DNA of 64,000 bases from positions 84,630,001 to 84,694,000 of the forward strand of contig NC_042999.1 of NCBI RefSeq assembly GCF_006345805.1. The letters run 5' to 3'. Source of the stretch: Octopus sinensis. Lineage: Eukaryota. The notes under the pieces were generated by a model. The model saw only the letters and a program-made list of their open reading frames with translations, searched no databases and had not been told where the DNA came from. Position numbers and translations under genes: made by a program. This document shows positions 1 through 13,074 of the stretch, piece after piece. The first letter of the stretch is position 1, and each line of letters starts with the position of its first letter.

Positions 1-296
1 TCGAAATTTCATTTTTGTTATTCTAGTTCTGATATAATGTAATATAATGTAAAGTATAGAAACATGAGTTACTATATAGAATAGTGTGTGAGTGTAGCGT
101 TACGAATGTACCGACAGAGATTATATAACATAGGAATACATATCATGCTTCAGATGGAAATCTAAAAAGAGAGGAAGCTTAATACATACATAAATACAGA
201 CAGCCATAGATTGTATAATATATAAAACATGTTATGCTGGAGGTGTAGATAATAGAACGGGTAGCTTTACAGATATATATATATATATATATATAT

Positions 297-1386
297 GTAA
301 TAGTTATTTAAACAATAATAAGGTAGGGTGGAAGTTTTGAAGCGAACACGCTACTACTGGCTGTATACAGAAGGTTTTTAACTCTACCGCTGCTACTACA
401 CCAACTACTATACACATTAATTTTCTGATTGCTACTACTATCATTATTCATAATACTAATATCACTATTTTTTCACGACTTAAATAATGTTAAGTATGTC
501 AGAAACGTTAACAATAGGGATGAAATTTTTTTTTAAATTAAATAAAACTGAGTGAATGCACATTTTTTTTTATCTCTACATTATTGCTATTGTCATGTGT
601 GGTTGTTTTGGGGTTATTTTTTTACTGTTATTGTTCTTAATGTATTTCTACTATTATTATTGAAGTGGTTACTTGTAAGCTGCCGTTGTTCCTGATATTG
701 TTGATGCTACAGCTGATGATGGTGGTGAAGGACGAAGTGGTTGTTATCGTCGTCATCGTGGTGTAAAATAAATGGCTGTTACGGTGGTGGCGTTGTTAGT
801 GCTGGTGGCTCTTTGTTGTGATATTGTTTACATCTAATTTAGTATTTTTTTCTTATTTTTTTTTTCCTTATTGAATATGAACGATAAGACACAAACAAAA
901 AGTGCCACAAAACATGTAAAATTGACAATAAAAGAAAAATGGAAATTTAAAAAGAAAAACCATTTTAACAACCGATGCATTAGATAAGATTTAAATAGTG
1001 TTAGTATCCAGGTGAAAGCTATCTTTCCAAGATATTAATTCTGTTTAATTTCTTTTTTTAATCTGTTATTCCTTTATGAAAACACTTGAAATGTTTTAGG
1101 GAGTGAAGAGAAGCGGATGCGAGGGGATTTGATAGAAAGAGAGATAAGTAAAGTTCAACACATAAATAGAAGGAAATGCTTATGTTTGTATGTATGTATG
1201 TATGTATGTATGTATGTATGTATGTATGTATGTATGTATATATGCATGTATGTATATACGTACATATCTACATAATACATGTATAAATATGTGAGTGCTC
1301 GTATTTATGCATAATCTATGTGAGAGTAAGGAGGTTATATGTATATATATGCTCACATGAATTCCTATACACACGTACATATATGC

Positions 1387-1424
<38 letters not shown>

Positions 1425-1510
1425 CAAACACATGTATATACATACATAAATATTACACACATATATACACATATATATATATATATTATATATATATATA
1501 TAATATATAT

Positions 1511-1547
<37 letters not shown>

Positions 1548-2745
1548 GTAATAGTTATTTAAACAATAATAAGGTAGGGTGGAAGTTTTGAAGCGAACAC
1601 GCTACTACTGGCTGTATACAGAAGGTTTTTAACTCTACCGCTGCTACTACACCAACTACTATACACATTAATTTTCTGATTGCTACTACTATCATTATTC
1701 ATAATACTAATATCACTATTTTTTCACGACTTAAATAATGTTAAGTATGTCAGAAACGTTAACAATAGGGATGAAATTTTTTTTTAAATTAAATAAAACT
1801 GAGTGAATGCACATTTTTTTTTATCTCTACATTATTGCTATTGTCATGTGTGGTTGTTTTGGGGTTATTTTTTTACTGTTATTGTTCTTAATGTATTTCT
1901 ACTATTATTATTGAAGTGGTTACTTGTAAGCTGCCGTTGTTCCTGATATTGTTGATGCTACAGCTGATGATGGTGGTGAAGGACGAAGTGGTTGTTATCG
2001 TCGTCATCGTGGTGGTAAAATAAATGGCTGTTACGGTGGTGGCGTTGTTAGTGCTGGTGGCTCTTTGTTGTGATATTGTTTACATCTAATTTAGTATTTT
2101 TTTCTTATTTTTTTTTTCCTTATTGAATATGAAACGATAAGACACAAACAAAAAGTGCCACAAAACATGTAAAATTGACAATAAAAGAAAAATGGAAATT
2201 TAAAAAGAAAAACCATTTTAACAACCGATGCATTAGATAAGATTTAAATAGTGTTAGTATCCAGGTGAAAGCTATCTTTCCAAGATATTAATTCTGTTTA
2301 ATTTCTTTTTTTAATCTGTTATTCCTTTATGAAAACACTTGAAATGTTTTAGGGAGTGAAAGAGAAGCGGATGCGAGGGGATTTGATAGAAAGAGAGATA
2401 AGTAAAGTTCAAACACATAAATAGAAGGAAATGCTTATGTTTGTATGTATGTATGTATGTATGTATGTATGTATGTATGTATGTATGTATGTATGTATAT
2501 GCATGTATGTATATACGTACATATCTACATAAATACATGTATAAATATGTGAGTGCTCGTATTTATGCATAATCTATGTGAGAGTAAGGAGGTTATATGT
2601 ATATATATGCTCACATGAATTCCTATACACACGTACATATATGCCTCATATATATATATTATATATATATATATATGTACACACAAACACATGTATATAC
2701 ATACATAAATATTTACACACATATATACACATATATATATATATG
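297..2745. repeat. Tandem duplication of a ~1.25-kb unit bounded by (TA)n
   Basis: gtaatagttatttaaacaat starts at 297 and again at 1548. The copies differ almost only by single-base indels. Confidence 0.95.
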
Positions 2746-2783
2746 TATACATATATACATATACATATATATATGAATATATA

Positions 2784-2844
<61 letters not shown>

Positions 2845-3244
2845 CGCACACATGAATGCTTTTGTATACGTATATTGTATGCAAAGCATTTCTTTTTTCT
2901 ATATGACTTTCAAAAGAAACAAAATTTAAAAATTAACTCTAAATTTATCCGACATTTTATGTTTTGTGATTTTGATAAAACGGTGTCTTTCATACAATTT
3001 TAATCATCATATACTACGAAATCATTATATCATAGAATGTTATTAAAATGGCTAGAAATACAAAAACAGCACAAAGTATGATTGCTTTGTTTTTAATTAG
3101 TTTGTGGCGCACGATGATATTACATTTATAAATGGAACACTTTCAGGATTAAGAAAAAAATCATTTCGAGCATTATATACATATATTTTCGAGAGTGTAC
3201 GCGTGTTGATACAAATATGTTTGCCTATGCATATACGTGTTTGT

Positions 3245-3263
3245 GTATATATATATATATATA

Positions 3264-3323
<60 letters not shown>

Positions 3324-3412
3324 TATATATATATATATACATATATATATGCATATATACACATATATATATATACGTATATATATATACATATGTATGT
3401 ATGTATATATAC

Positions 3413-3470
<58 letters not shown>

Positions 3471-3535
3471 CATATATATATATAATATATATATATATAC
3501 ATATATATATGTATATAGATATATATATATATAGT
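3245..3535. repeat. Long interrupted (TA)n microsatellite
   Basis: Direct reading. Source of many YIYI-type ORFs. Confidence 0.95.
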
Positions 3536-3796
3536 GGGCTGTATATGTTACCACATAAATTAATGTTCTGTTTTCTTTTTAGTTGAATGTATATTAATGA
3601 CTTGTGTGTATATACGTGTAAGTGTGCACGTATGTATTTTATATCTGTATGTTTGTATGTATGCATACATAATTTCTATAAACATATGCATATATGATAT
3701 ATATATATTTCCCCATAAATATACAAACCACATACATACATTTGTGTGTATGTATGTATATACATATTTATGTATATATACATATATATATAATAT

Positions 3797-3829
<33 letters not shown>

Positions 3830-4097
3830 GCATATATATATATATATTTATATATATATAATATATATATATATATTATAATATATATATATATATATTA
3901 TATATATGTGTGTGTGTGTGTATGGATGTATATATATTATATCTAACCATACATACAAATACCTAATCAAAATCATATAATATATATATATATATATAAT
4001 ATTATATTATATCATATTTTATATATACATACATATACAAGTTCTAGTTTAAAAGTTAGTATTCAAAATTACATAATTCATTACACATATATATACT

Positions 4098-4130
<33 letters not shown>

Positions 4131-4372
4131 GTATACATATATATATATATGTGTGTGTCTGTGTGTGTGTGTCTGTCTGTGTTTATGTATATGCTTGTTT
4201 GCATACAAATGTGTATTTAAATGTTTTTCTATACGTGTGTATATATGTGTATTTATGTATGTGCATATATCTATGTCATATATATATATATATATATAGC
4301 GTTCAATACATCCTGACATGACTAAATGATGTGTGTGCATGCGTGTACACACACACTCACACACACACACAC

Positions 4373-4429
<57 letters not shown>

Positions 4430-4589
4430 CTGTGTCTGCATAATTCTGTATATTTATTGTTCTGCTGATTTAGAGTTGGGTTGGGAACTAATATCAAGTA
4501 AAAGTGTCTGCAACTGAATATATTTGTTCTCTCTTTACAATTTCCGCGTTAACTTTTTACAACGATAATCGTTCGATCGTCTTACAAAA

Positions 4590-4730
4590 TGCATAGAGTT
4601 TTCGTTCCGCTTCTTAACATTCTGAGTTCGAATACTACCAAAGTCAACTTCACCTTTCATCCCAAGGTAATTGATAAACTATTGTTGGTAAAATAAAGTA
4701 CCAGACAAATTTTAGTGTCGATAAAATTGA
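4590..4730 (+). mobile_element. Degenerate SINE family B fragment
   Basis: ctgagttcgaatac...tttcatcc...aaataaagtaccag resembles the copy at 11145. Confidence 0.5.
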
Positions 4731-5500
4731 CTCTCTTTTCTCCTCAGATTTTCTGCCTCGTTCCTATGTTGCAGATATATTTTGTCATCTCCGGAGTCTG
4801 ATAAAGGAATATAAAAGATACGTCAGCAAGAGTTTTTTATCGTATTTTGTATTTTGTATCTTGCCTCCACCAATAAATAAATGTCTTCTTTTTGTTTCTT
4901 TAATTACAAACCCGTTGCTATATCACAAAGGTCAATCAATGAAACTTTAGAATGAGTGATATTTAGCATTCGTTCTCTCAACGGAAACTTATTGTTTGCA
5001 TTAGAAAATAATAAAATATCAGGGTAAGGAGAAGAAAGGATTATTAGATCCCATTGCTATTGATTCAGCTTAGAATGTTCCATGAAAGCTGCTTTCCTCT
5101 TTTGTTGTCCTTCCTCCGTGATGTATATTGAAAACACTAAACACAACACCATCATTATTTTGCAGTGTTTAGTTACGAAATACATCTTTGTCTTGAATTA
5201 GATGAAACAAAGGTGGTGAATTTTACACAAAATCACATGCATCCATTAGATCTTACTCTCCTTGCCACTGATGTCTGCTGCGAAGATGATGAAGAAAGTT
5301 TTTAATACATCTAAGCTTTCGGATAGCTCAAAAGAGTGTTATTACTGCGTATGAGAAGACGGTATTTCGAAAATTTTTGTTTGTCCAGGGAACACTCTAT
5401 ATCGGCAATTACAGGCAATGATCTTGTTCCTTGGAAATATCAGAGGTTTATTCGAATAACACTTTAATGTATAGACAGAAAGATATATCTGGGTGTTGAT

Positions 5501-5517
5501 TGTGTGTGTGTGTGTGT

Positions 5518-5570
<53 letters not shown>
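5501..5570. repeat. (TG)n microsatellite
   Basis: Direct reading. Confidence 0.95.
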
Positions 5571-5573
<3 letters not shown>

Positions 5574-6829
5574 TGTGTCTATGTGTGTTTGTGTAGTAAT
5601 AAAAGCAAATGTGCAAGCCTTCTCAATGGGGCTGCCACGATTATAGTCATATTGCTCAGGTGATGATTAAGAAACGAAAACATTTCATGGAAACCATATA
5701 TTCTCCACGGATATTTTTAGGACACAAGCTTAGAAATAAATTGCCAAGTTATTCACCGACATATGTTTGCTCAGTAGTACCGCAACAACCCTGGAGTGAC
5801 AGCTACATGATCAAATTTGTCCACACCGTGACCATCTGTGACCTCATTATCGAACGCAGCTGTTTATTTTTCAACAATGAGTTTCATTCGAGGGAGATTT
5901 GGTTGCCGTTTCTCGAAGGTTTTTCAGCTATTTAGATGTTCAGTTACTGCTTCACGCCCTTCTATTGGACCGTAACTCTGGGAGTTTTAGTTCAAATGTC
6001 ACACAGTTTTAATTTCGCAAAGAAACAAAAAAAAAGGAAGAAAGAAAACAGCGTCAAGTTATACAATAAATATTTTATATGAAACAAAATTGTTTCGTTT
6101 ACAGAACAAAGCAACTAGCTGTTTCAATAAAAAACAGAAAGAAAATAATTTTAGCATTTCTTTGGCATTTGGCATTTGGTTTGAGGTTGAATTGCTTTGT
6201 TAACAATATTTTACACCTCCTCAAGTGTTCGAAAAGTGAGCAAGATTTTGTCGCTTTTACCATAATTTTTAATAGTTGTGTTTTATTTCGAGTATCATTT
6301 AAAAGCTGCATAAACTTATAAATTTAGTGATTAAAAAAGTTTGAAGAACATTTTTTAATTGTAATCTTGGTATCAAACCGTCAATGCTAAGATGCCTCTA
6401 TAATGGTTAAATTTTCAATAAATTGCCAATGAGTGCCGAGGTTAGAAGAATGTGATTTTCAAGTCGAAGTTGTTTCCAATCAATGAAAATTAATGCTTTA
6501 CAAATTCTACTGAAATAAATTTTTTGATTCTAATAATCTAAAAATACTTTGGAAGGAAATAAAATCCAAGAAAACGCCAGCAATTTGAATAAAACAAACA
6601 AAAAAATTGCCACTATGACTATCGAATTTACTTTAACACAACGTGTCTGAGCCGACGTTTACATTTTCAGCATTCTTTGTAAACTTTCTTTTAAGAATGT
6701 CGCAAACAATCTGTTAATTTCTGTGTTCGTATGTTGCAATATGTTTAGAGAAACATGACTTATTAAATTACAAGAATTACAACCTAACGACAAATGATGT
6801 GAACATTATAAGATATCTTTCATTATTTG

Positions 6830-6990
6830 TTCAATCATTAGACTGCAGCCATGTAAGGGTACCCACTCGGTGGGTTTAGTCGAACGAGTCGATCCCAATA
6901 CCAATTTTAACATGGTGCATATTGTATCAGTTTCTTTTATTGAACTGTTAGATTACGAGTACGTAAACAAGCAACAACGGTTGTCCAGTG
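6830..6990 (-). mobile_element. Degenerate SINE family A, 3' half
   Basis: gactgcagccatg...tttagtcgaac...acgtaaaca resembles the 24473-24660 copy. Confidence 0.55.
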
Positions 6991-6998
6991 ACTGAGGG

Positions 6999-7065
<67 letters not shown>

Positions 7066-7569
7066 CGGGGCGAAGAGAAAGAACACAAGGAGAAAAGGCT
7101 AGACGAAAACCTAACAGACAGGAGATTTTGGCAAAGTCATAATACACAGAATATTCATAGCTGATTTTTCCTCGTCAGTCAATGACCCAAAATATCGTAG
7201 TCGTTTTGTGCCATTTAGCATCGAGAGAACTCAATTTTGGAGAGGCCAGTGCTCTTATTTAAGCCCTGGGGAAAAAAGGTAGCGAATGTTCAATAAGACA
7301 GAAACAAACAAAATGTTATATAAATACGACAAAGAATTAAGCATATATAACTACACGAAGCCTTACGGCTATATACAACGGAAGAAAAAGAATGATTATA
7401 CGTGTAGCACAAATACAACAGAAAGAACTTTGCAGCTATCGAACGAACTTACGGGAGTGGTGCAAAGATGAAATGGAGAAAGTCATGGAGGACATAGCAG
7501 GAGCCCAGACCAGCATGACCAGCAGGGCAAAAGAGAACAACACAGGTTTCCACACACTTCATATGTAAC

Positions 7570-7690
7570 AAATTCACTCGCAAGACATTAGTCGGTCCGT
7601 AATTATAGTATAGAAGACACTTGTCAAAGATGCTGCGCAGCTGGACCGATCCTGATAGCTCGTTGTTGCAAAACGAACTTCTTAACCAGA
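7570..7690 (-). mobile_element. Degenerate SINE family A, 5' half
   Basis: aaattcactcgcaagacattagtcgg...agaagacacttg. Confidence 0.55.
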
Positions 7691-8209
7691 ATGACATTTC
7701 TGAGGCTACTAAGTGTATTTTAATATAATCGAATTTGGAACAGTTTATGAATTTTTGCATTTTCTTACAAAAATCATAAGGCTTCGAGTGTCTTCTAAGA
7801 AAACTACAATTTTAACTTTTACTCAAGCTGACAACTGATTTTTTCTTGCGTTCTTAAATGTGAAATATTGAGGAAAAAAATGTTTTTCACATTTTTATTC
7901 CATTAAACGAGTGATATATTACGACACTATTCATATTCTTTGCTTTTGATGAAGTGTCATGCTGTTAATCGATAATATAGCATCATTCTACTATTATCAA
8001 GAATACTGGAAAACTTTTGGCGGGATATGGTATATTTCGGAGCAATTGCAGAAAAATAATCCTTAAATTTCGTTATATATTTCCAGTACCGATTTGACCA
8101 GGTATGTTGCTTCACCGCATAATTTTGGGAGATCTACTACACTTTCGCACCGCCTACACAGATCGCACACTCACATATATAAAAAAAATCACACACAGAC
8201 AAATATATG

Positions 8210-8270
<61 letters not shown>

Positions 8271-10150
8271 TATGCGTGTAATAGAGAGGGGGAGAGAGAG
8301 TGTGTGTGTGTGCGTGTAAAAGGATGCGTTCCGGATGTAGTCCAATATTCCAAAACAAACCGATATAAGCTGCAATTAATGTTTCTCCTGAAGAGCTGCT
8401 AACCGTTGCCTCTAACGAAAACTATTTAGTTGCATGGAAAATTCCCGAGTAACGATATTGTGGGGATGAAGCGCTGAATGTAGTGTTTAATGCTTCTCCT
8501 AAGGGTGGACACAACATGAACAACGAGAGAAGAAAAGACAAGTATTATAATTCGACAGTGTCTAAATGAGAAGCACTTGACTAACTACTTCCAAGGTGTG
8601 GAAGTCACTAAAGTAACAAAAGCAAATGCATCCAGAGGAGGCACCACAGTTGTAAGGCACTGTCATTCACTCCATCGAATGGAGTTCTTTGGGGGTGTGG
8701 TCTAAAATGTCTGTATGTGCATCAGCGGAAATGATTGTTATGAGATTCACCTGGCATTTATAAAGGAAGGCTATCTTTTGCGGTGCACACTTCACAAAGT
8801 GATTTTGCCGCTAAAGATCTTCAGAGATTAGTAGTGACTTTGTGTGTCTAAGCTGCTGATCATATTTACGGAGGTGTTGAAATTGTTTATTGATATGCGT
8901 AATGATTGAATATTTTAAAATCGGAGCTAAGTTTGACAAAATTAGTTGATTAATGTTTTCGATGTCGTATTCTGTGGACTGAGCGTGCTTATGGAGTCAG
9001 ATATCTAGATTTTATGTGGAAGATATTTGCGGAATTGTATCATCCATGAGTTATTGTATGTGACGGCGAGCCAATGATATAGAGGAGGGAAAGTATGGAA
9101 GATGAAAGTAGCAATGCACCAGAGGAATCAACATCAGCACAGTCCCGGAAGTGCGGCCTGACCGGAAGCTTTTAATGAATGAAATCCATAAGTGAGTAAT
9201 TTGGCCAGAAGTTTTAGCAGAATTGATCCCGCTGTAGCAGCAGTTGTAAGTTTGAGTGATGTCGAGAACAACATATTTATCTTAAAAAATTCTGTGAGAC
9301 CAAAAACCTACTGACTATTGACATAACAGTGCAGTTTTCCAATAGATCTGGATTTCTTAAAGTGATACTGGTGGCGGGGCGGCTATTAAGGACGGAGGAA
9401 GATCCAAGGGGTTTCAGGGGGATGTTGAAAAATGTCAACTATCATTTCATTCGTCCCCTTATAGTAATTTAGCATGAAAACATGAGTTGATGTCGCACGG
9501 CGCCAGCCCCGGGTAAAAATAAAATATCTGCATTACCAAAATTCTTATATATTCCAATCCTTGTCTTTCCTCTCCACATACTTCCCGTTATTTGTCCTCC
9601 TCCCCTTCTCTTTCTTCTAGTTTTACCTCTTCTACATCTTAAGTCAGTCCAAGTTTGTCTTTTGGCTCCTAACCACGTTCTCTTGTCTCCCAAACATTTT
9701 AAATCCCTTCAAAGTTTCTCCTTAGTTCTAATCTTGACTTAATGTCTCTGCTAATTCTTGTTTATGATTTGTAAACCCCCAAACAGTTATTACTACCAAA
9801 TTAAGATCTAAATTATTGCTATGCTTCATATTGATTTATCACTTTCTCACCCTCTCTTTGTCATCCCTTTCATATCCGCTTACTTCATCTTCCTTTTTCC
9901 TTCGCCTTCTTTTCCTTTTACTTCCCATTCTCATCCCCCTCCTCCTACTCATTATTTGCCTTTTATCCTTTACTTATTTCAGTTAGTTTTTAACTGTGGC
10001 ACTTAATAATTCAGCGTCTTGTGTTAAACCGCTTAATTACGAAAACGCAAACTAACCAACACCGGTTGTCAAAACGTGGGAGTAAACGCAATCACATTCA
10101 CACACACACACACATACACGCACACGCACGCACACACATACACACACACG

Positions 10151-10221
<71 letters not shown>

Positions 10222-10229
10222 ACACGAAA

Positions 10230-10382
10230 AACTTCACATAGTTGCACTCTTCTAAATTCACTCACAAGGCATTGTTCAGCCCAGGGAAATAGTAGAAGAC
10301 ACTAGCCATCGCTAATGCGCAGTACGACTGGACCCGGACCACCTAGTTGCAAATCGAACTTCTTTACCACACAGTCATGCTA
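10230..10382 (-). mobile_element. Degenerate SINE family A, 5' half, next to a (CA)n tract
   Basis: aaattcactcacaaggc...tagtagaagacac...accacacagtcatg. Confidence 0.6.
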
Positions 10383-11144
10383 CGTGTTTCTATTTCTTCT
10401 TAAATTTCTCCTATTTTTATCGCTTTTTCCACGCCTCAATGCTTCCTGCCTCCTCCTAATTCTCCTCTCTGTTCTTCAAATATATCTTCATACTATTATG
10501 CTTTATCTCCCTCGCCTTCTCAATCTTTTGCACAAGGGGTCCACTAAACCCGCTAAACCTCATGTACTAGTAATAACTTTAGCGAGTAATTTTGAGCTAA
10601 GTTTGACAAAACTCGTTGATTAATGTTGATTTATTAGCGATGGGCTTGATAAATAAGAAAGTTCAGGCATAAAATCATCATTTTCAGCTAATTAATGCAC
10701 TCTTTTATAAATGTGATTTGCGAAATTCAACCACGCTTCATCCAATTTCCTTTGCAAAAATAAACATCATAACACGCGTGCGCGTGTGTGTGTATGTTTC
10801 AGTATAAGGAAGTTAAGAAAGAGACCAATTAGAAAACCAAAGCCCACCACGCTCCGACATTTGTTTCGCCTTCTGCATTTTTGGTGGTAACTTTCTTGAT
10901 GCAGTACTCAATGTTTATAACTATGTGAGACTTTCAAATATCTCTTCTGCTCTGGAAATTGAATTTTCCCAAATACTCTCATCTTAGAATGTAATCTTAG
11001 AAATTGCTGGCTTTGTGCCAAAATTTGAAACCAATATATTTGCATAGAACGCGGAGGGATAAAAATCTTTGACATTCCTGAATCTGCAGTTAAGGCTTTA
11101 GTATGCTATAGGAAAGAAGGTTTGATGTTGCATATGTTAAGGCT

Positions 11145-11385
11145 TGAAGGCAGCGAGCTGGCAGAAACATTAGCGCGCCGGGCGAAATGCTTAGCGATAT
11201 TTCGTCTGCCGTTACGTTCTGAGTTCAAATTCCGCCGAGGTCGGCTTTGCCTTTCATCCTTTCGGGGTCGATAAATAAAGTACCAGTTACACACTGGGGT
11301 CGATATAATCCACTTAATCCCTTTGTCTGTCTTTGTTCTTTGTTTGTCCCCTCTATGTTTAGCCCCTTGTGGGCAATAAAGAAAT
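11145..11385 (+). mobile_element. tRNA-type SINE family B, near complete, with 13-bp TSD
   Basis: A-box-like gagctggcagaa, B-box-like gagttcaaattcc, tail aataaagaaat. atatgttaaggct is repeated at 11132-11144 and 11386-11398. Confidence 0.85.
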
Positions 11386-12399
11386 ATATGTTAAGGCTCG
11401 CCTCTTTTTCTTAGTTTTGAATATTAAAATTATCTTTCTCCCTAAATAGCCTTAATTCAGTATTTCATTAAAGCCGCTTTGCTGGAAGAGCTTCCCATAG
11501 AATGCCATTGCGTCTTTCAGTCGTTAGTTATGGTTTTTCAGTATTTGGATAACTTCCATTATTATGTTAATACTTCGTGCCACAGCGTGATTCAAATGCT
11601 GTATTTGTTGTTTCCATCAATTTTGTCAATTGTGATTCCTTTAACGTTCCTCGAATATTATCCACGTTCTCTTTCTGGTTGTGATAATTTGAACTTTATT
11701 ATATTTTTACCAAGTTTTTGACAATATAAAATCACTTTGGTTTGAATGTAAAACGCTTGTTTTGTTCAAAGAAGCCTTAGCATTTTTCATGCTGAAGTAG
11801 ATTTTACGATTTGGTGAGACTCTCTGTTCCGTACGTTCTTTGATATCAGATACTTCATTTTTGTTTTTGTTCTCTTATAATTCTATGTTATTTCTCTTCT
11901 TTTTTTTTTTTCGTGAGACATGTTCTTTATTTCCTGATTTCAACAGCGATTGAGTTTCTTTCTCTTGTTTTCTATCTTGTTTATATTTGTCTTTTATGTT
12001 ATTGTCACGTGCATTATTATTCTCATTTTAGCGTATCTGTAAGTGTAACCACTTTTATTTGTAAATACAGAGGTTACCGTATAAGATTTCGTCAGTGTTA
12101 AAAGCTAAATATTATCTTTGAATTTTTGTTGGTTCTTAGGAAGATATGTTGATTGTTATTAATTAATTATTTCCTGCTTTATATGTCACGGCCATGGATT
12201 TTCCATTCTTAAGTTAACCTCATTCTCCTATTTACATTTTCATTTCGGCTATACTAAATGAGATTTGCTGGTCCGAAATCTTTTTTTAAAATATTCTATT
12301 TAAATTTTCATATTTTTCGTTTAGGAAACGCATATGCATAAGTTAGTTAGTGATTCAGGAATGGCCAAACTTTTTTCCCCTCCGAATTTTATGCAAATA

Positions 12400-12598
12400 T
12401 ATTGGTTTCAAATTTTGGCACAAAGCCAGCAATTTCTAAGATTACATCCATCCCAGTGTTCAACTAGTACTTCAACCCACAAAATGATGATAGGCAAAGT
12501 CGACCTTGGCAGAATTTGAACTCGTAACCTAAAGACGGTCGAAATGCCGCTAAGCATGTTGCCTGGCGAGGTAACGATTCGACCAGCTTGCTACCTTA
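12400..12598 (-). mobile_element. SINE family B copy
   Basis: Reverse complement gives ggtagcaagctgg...cgagttcaaattctgccaaggtcgactttgcc...gtgccaaaatttgaaacc. Confidence 0.75.
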
Positions 12599-13074
12599 AT
12601 TTATACGAATACGTATAATGTTTCTGTAAAATACGCATATAGAATAAAAGCATATTAGTCTCGCGTTCATTTATATCATTGTAATCATTATTTGTGCGAT
12701 TAGTGAGTCAACTACGGTTTTTTCTTAGATTGTCATCCCTTTCGTCTGGCATCGGTGTACTTCTATCTTTCAGTCGAATTTTACATGCGCCAATTTCGGT
12801 GTTTCTTGTACATGGTTTTTTATTAGACATATTTGTCAGTTTGGCTTGTTTTGTTCTCTTGAGCCCAATTATTCTGGTAATGATATGTTCAGTGTACCAA
12901 CGTTTGTACACTCGTACTATGAGATCGCCGAATAATATGATCATTTGTAATATACCTATAATGTATACAAGTGGTAATGATTTTTGTCAGAGCAGTAACT
13001 AACATTTTCAAATATACCTTTCGTTGTGCACCTCCATTACATATCCCTTGTAATGAATTCTATCCTCCTCCTCC

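Noticed and set aside
712-745. CTGATGA in the duplicated unit
   Set aside because: Lies in GAT/GGT-rich low-complexity sequence and is followed by GAAG with no stems.
7150-7205. Minus-strand CUGACGA motif
   Set aside because: No correctly placed GAAA or stem II.
12708-12944. ORF with faint Tc1 HTH resemblance (IVRVYKRW)
   Set aside because: Single short motif; no TIRs or DDE region.
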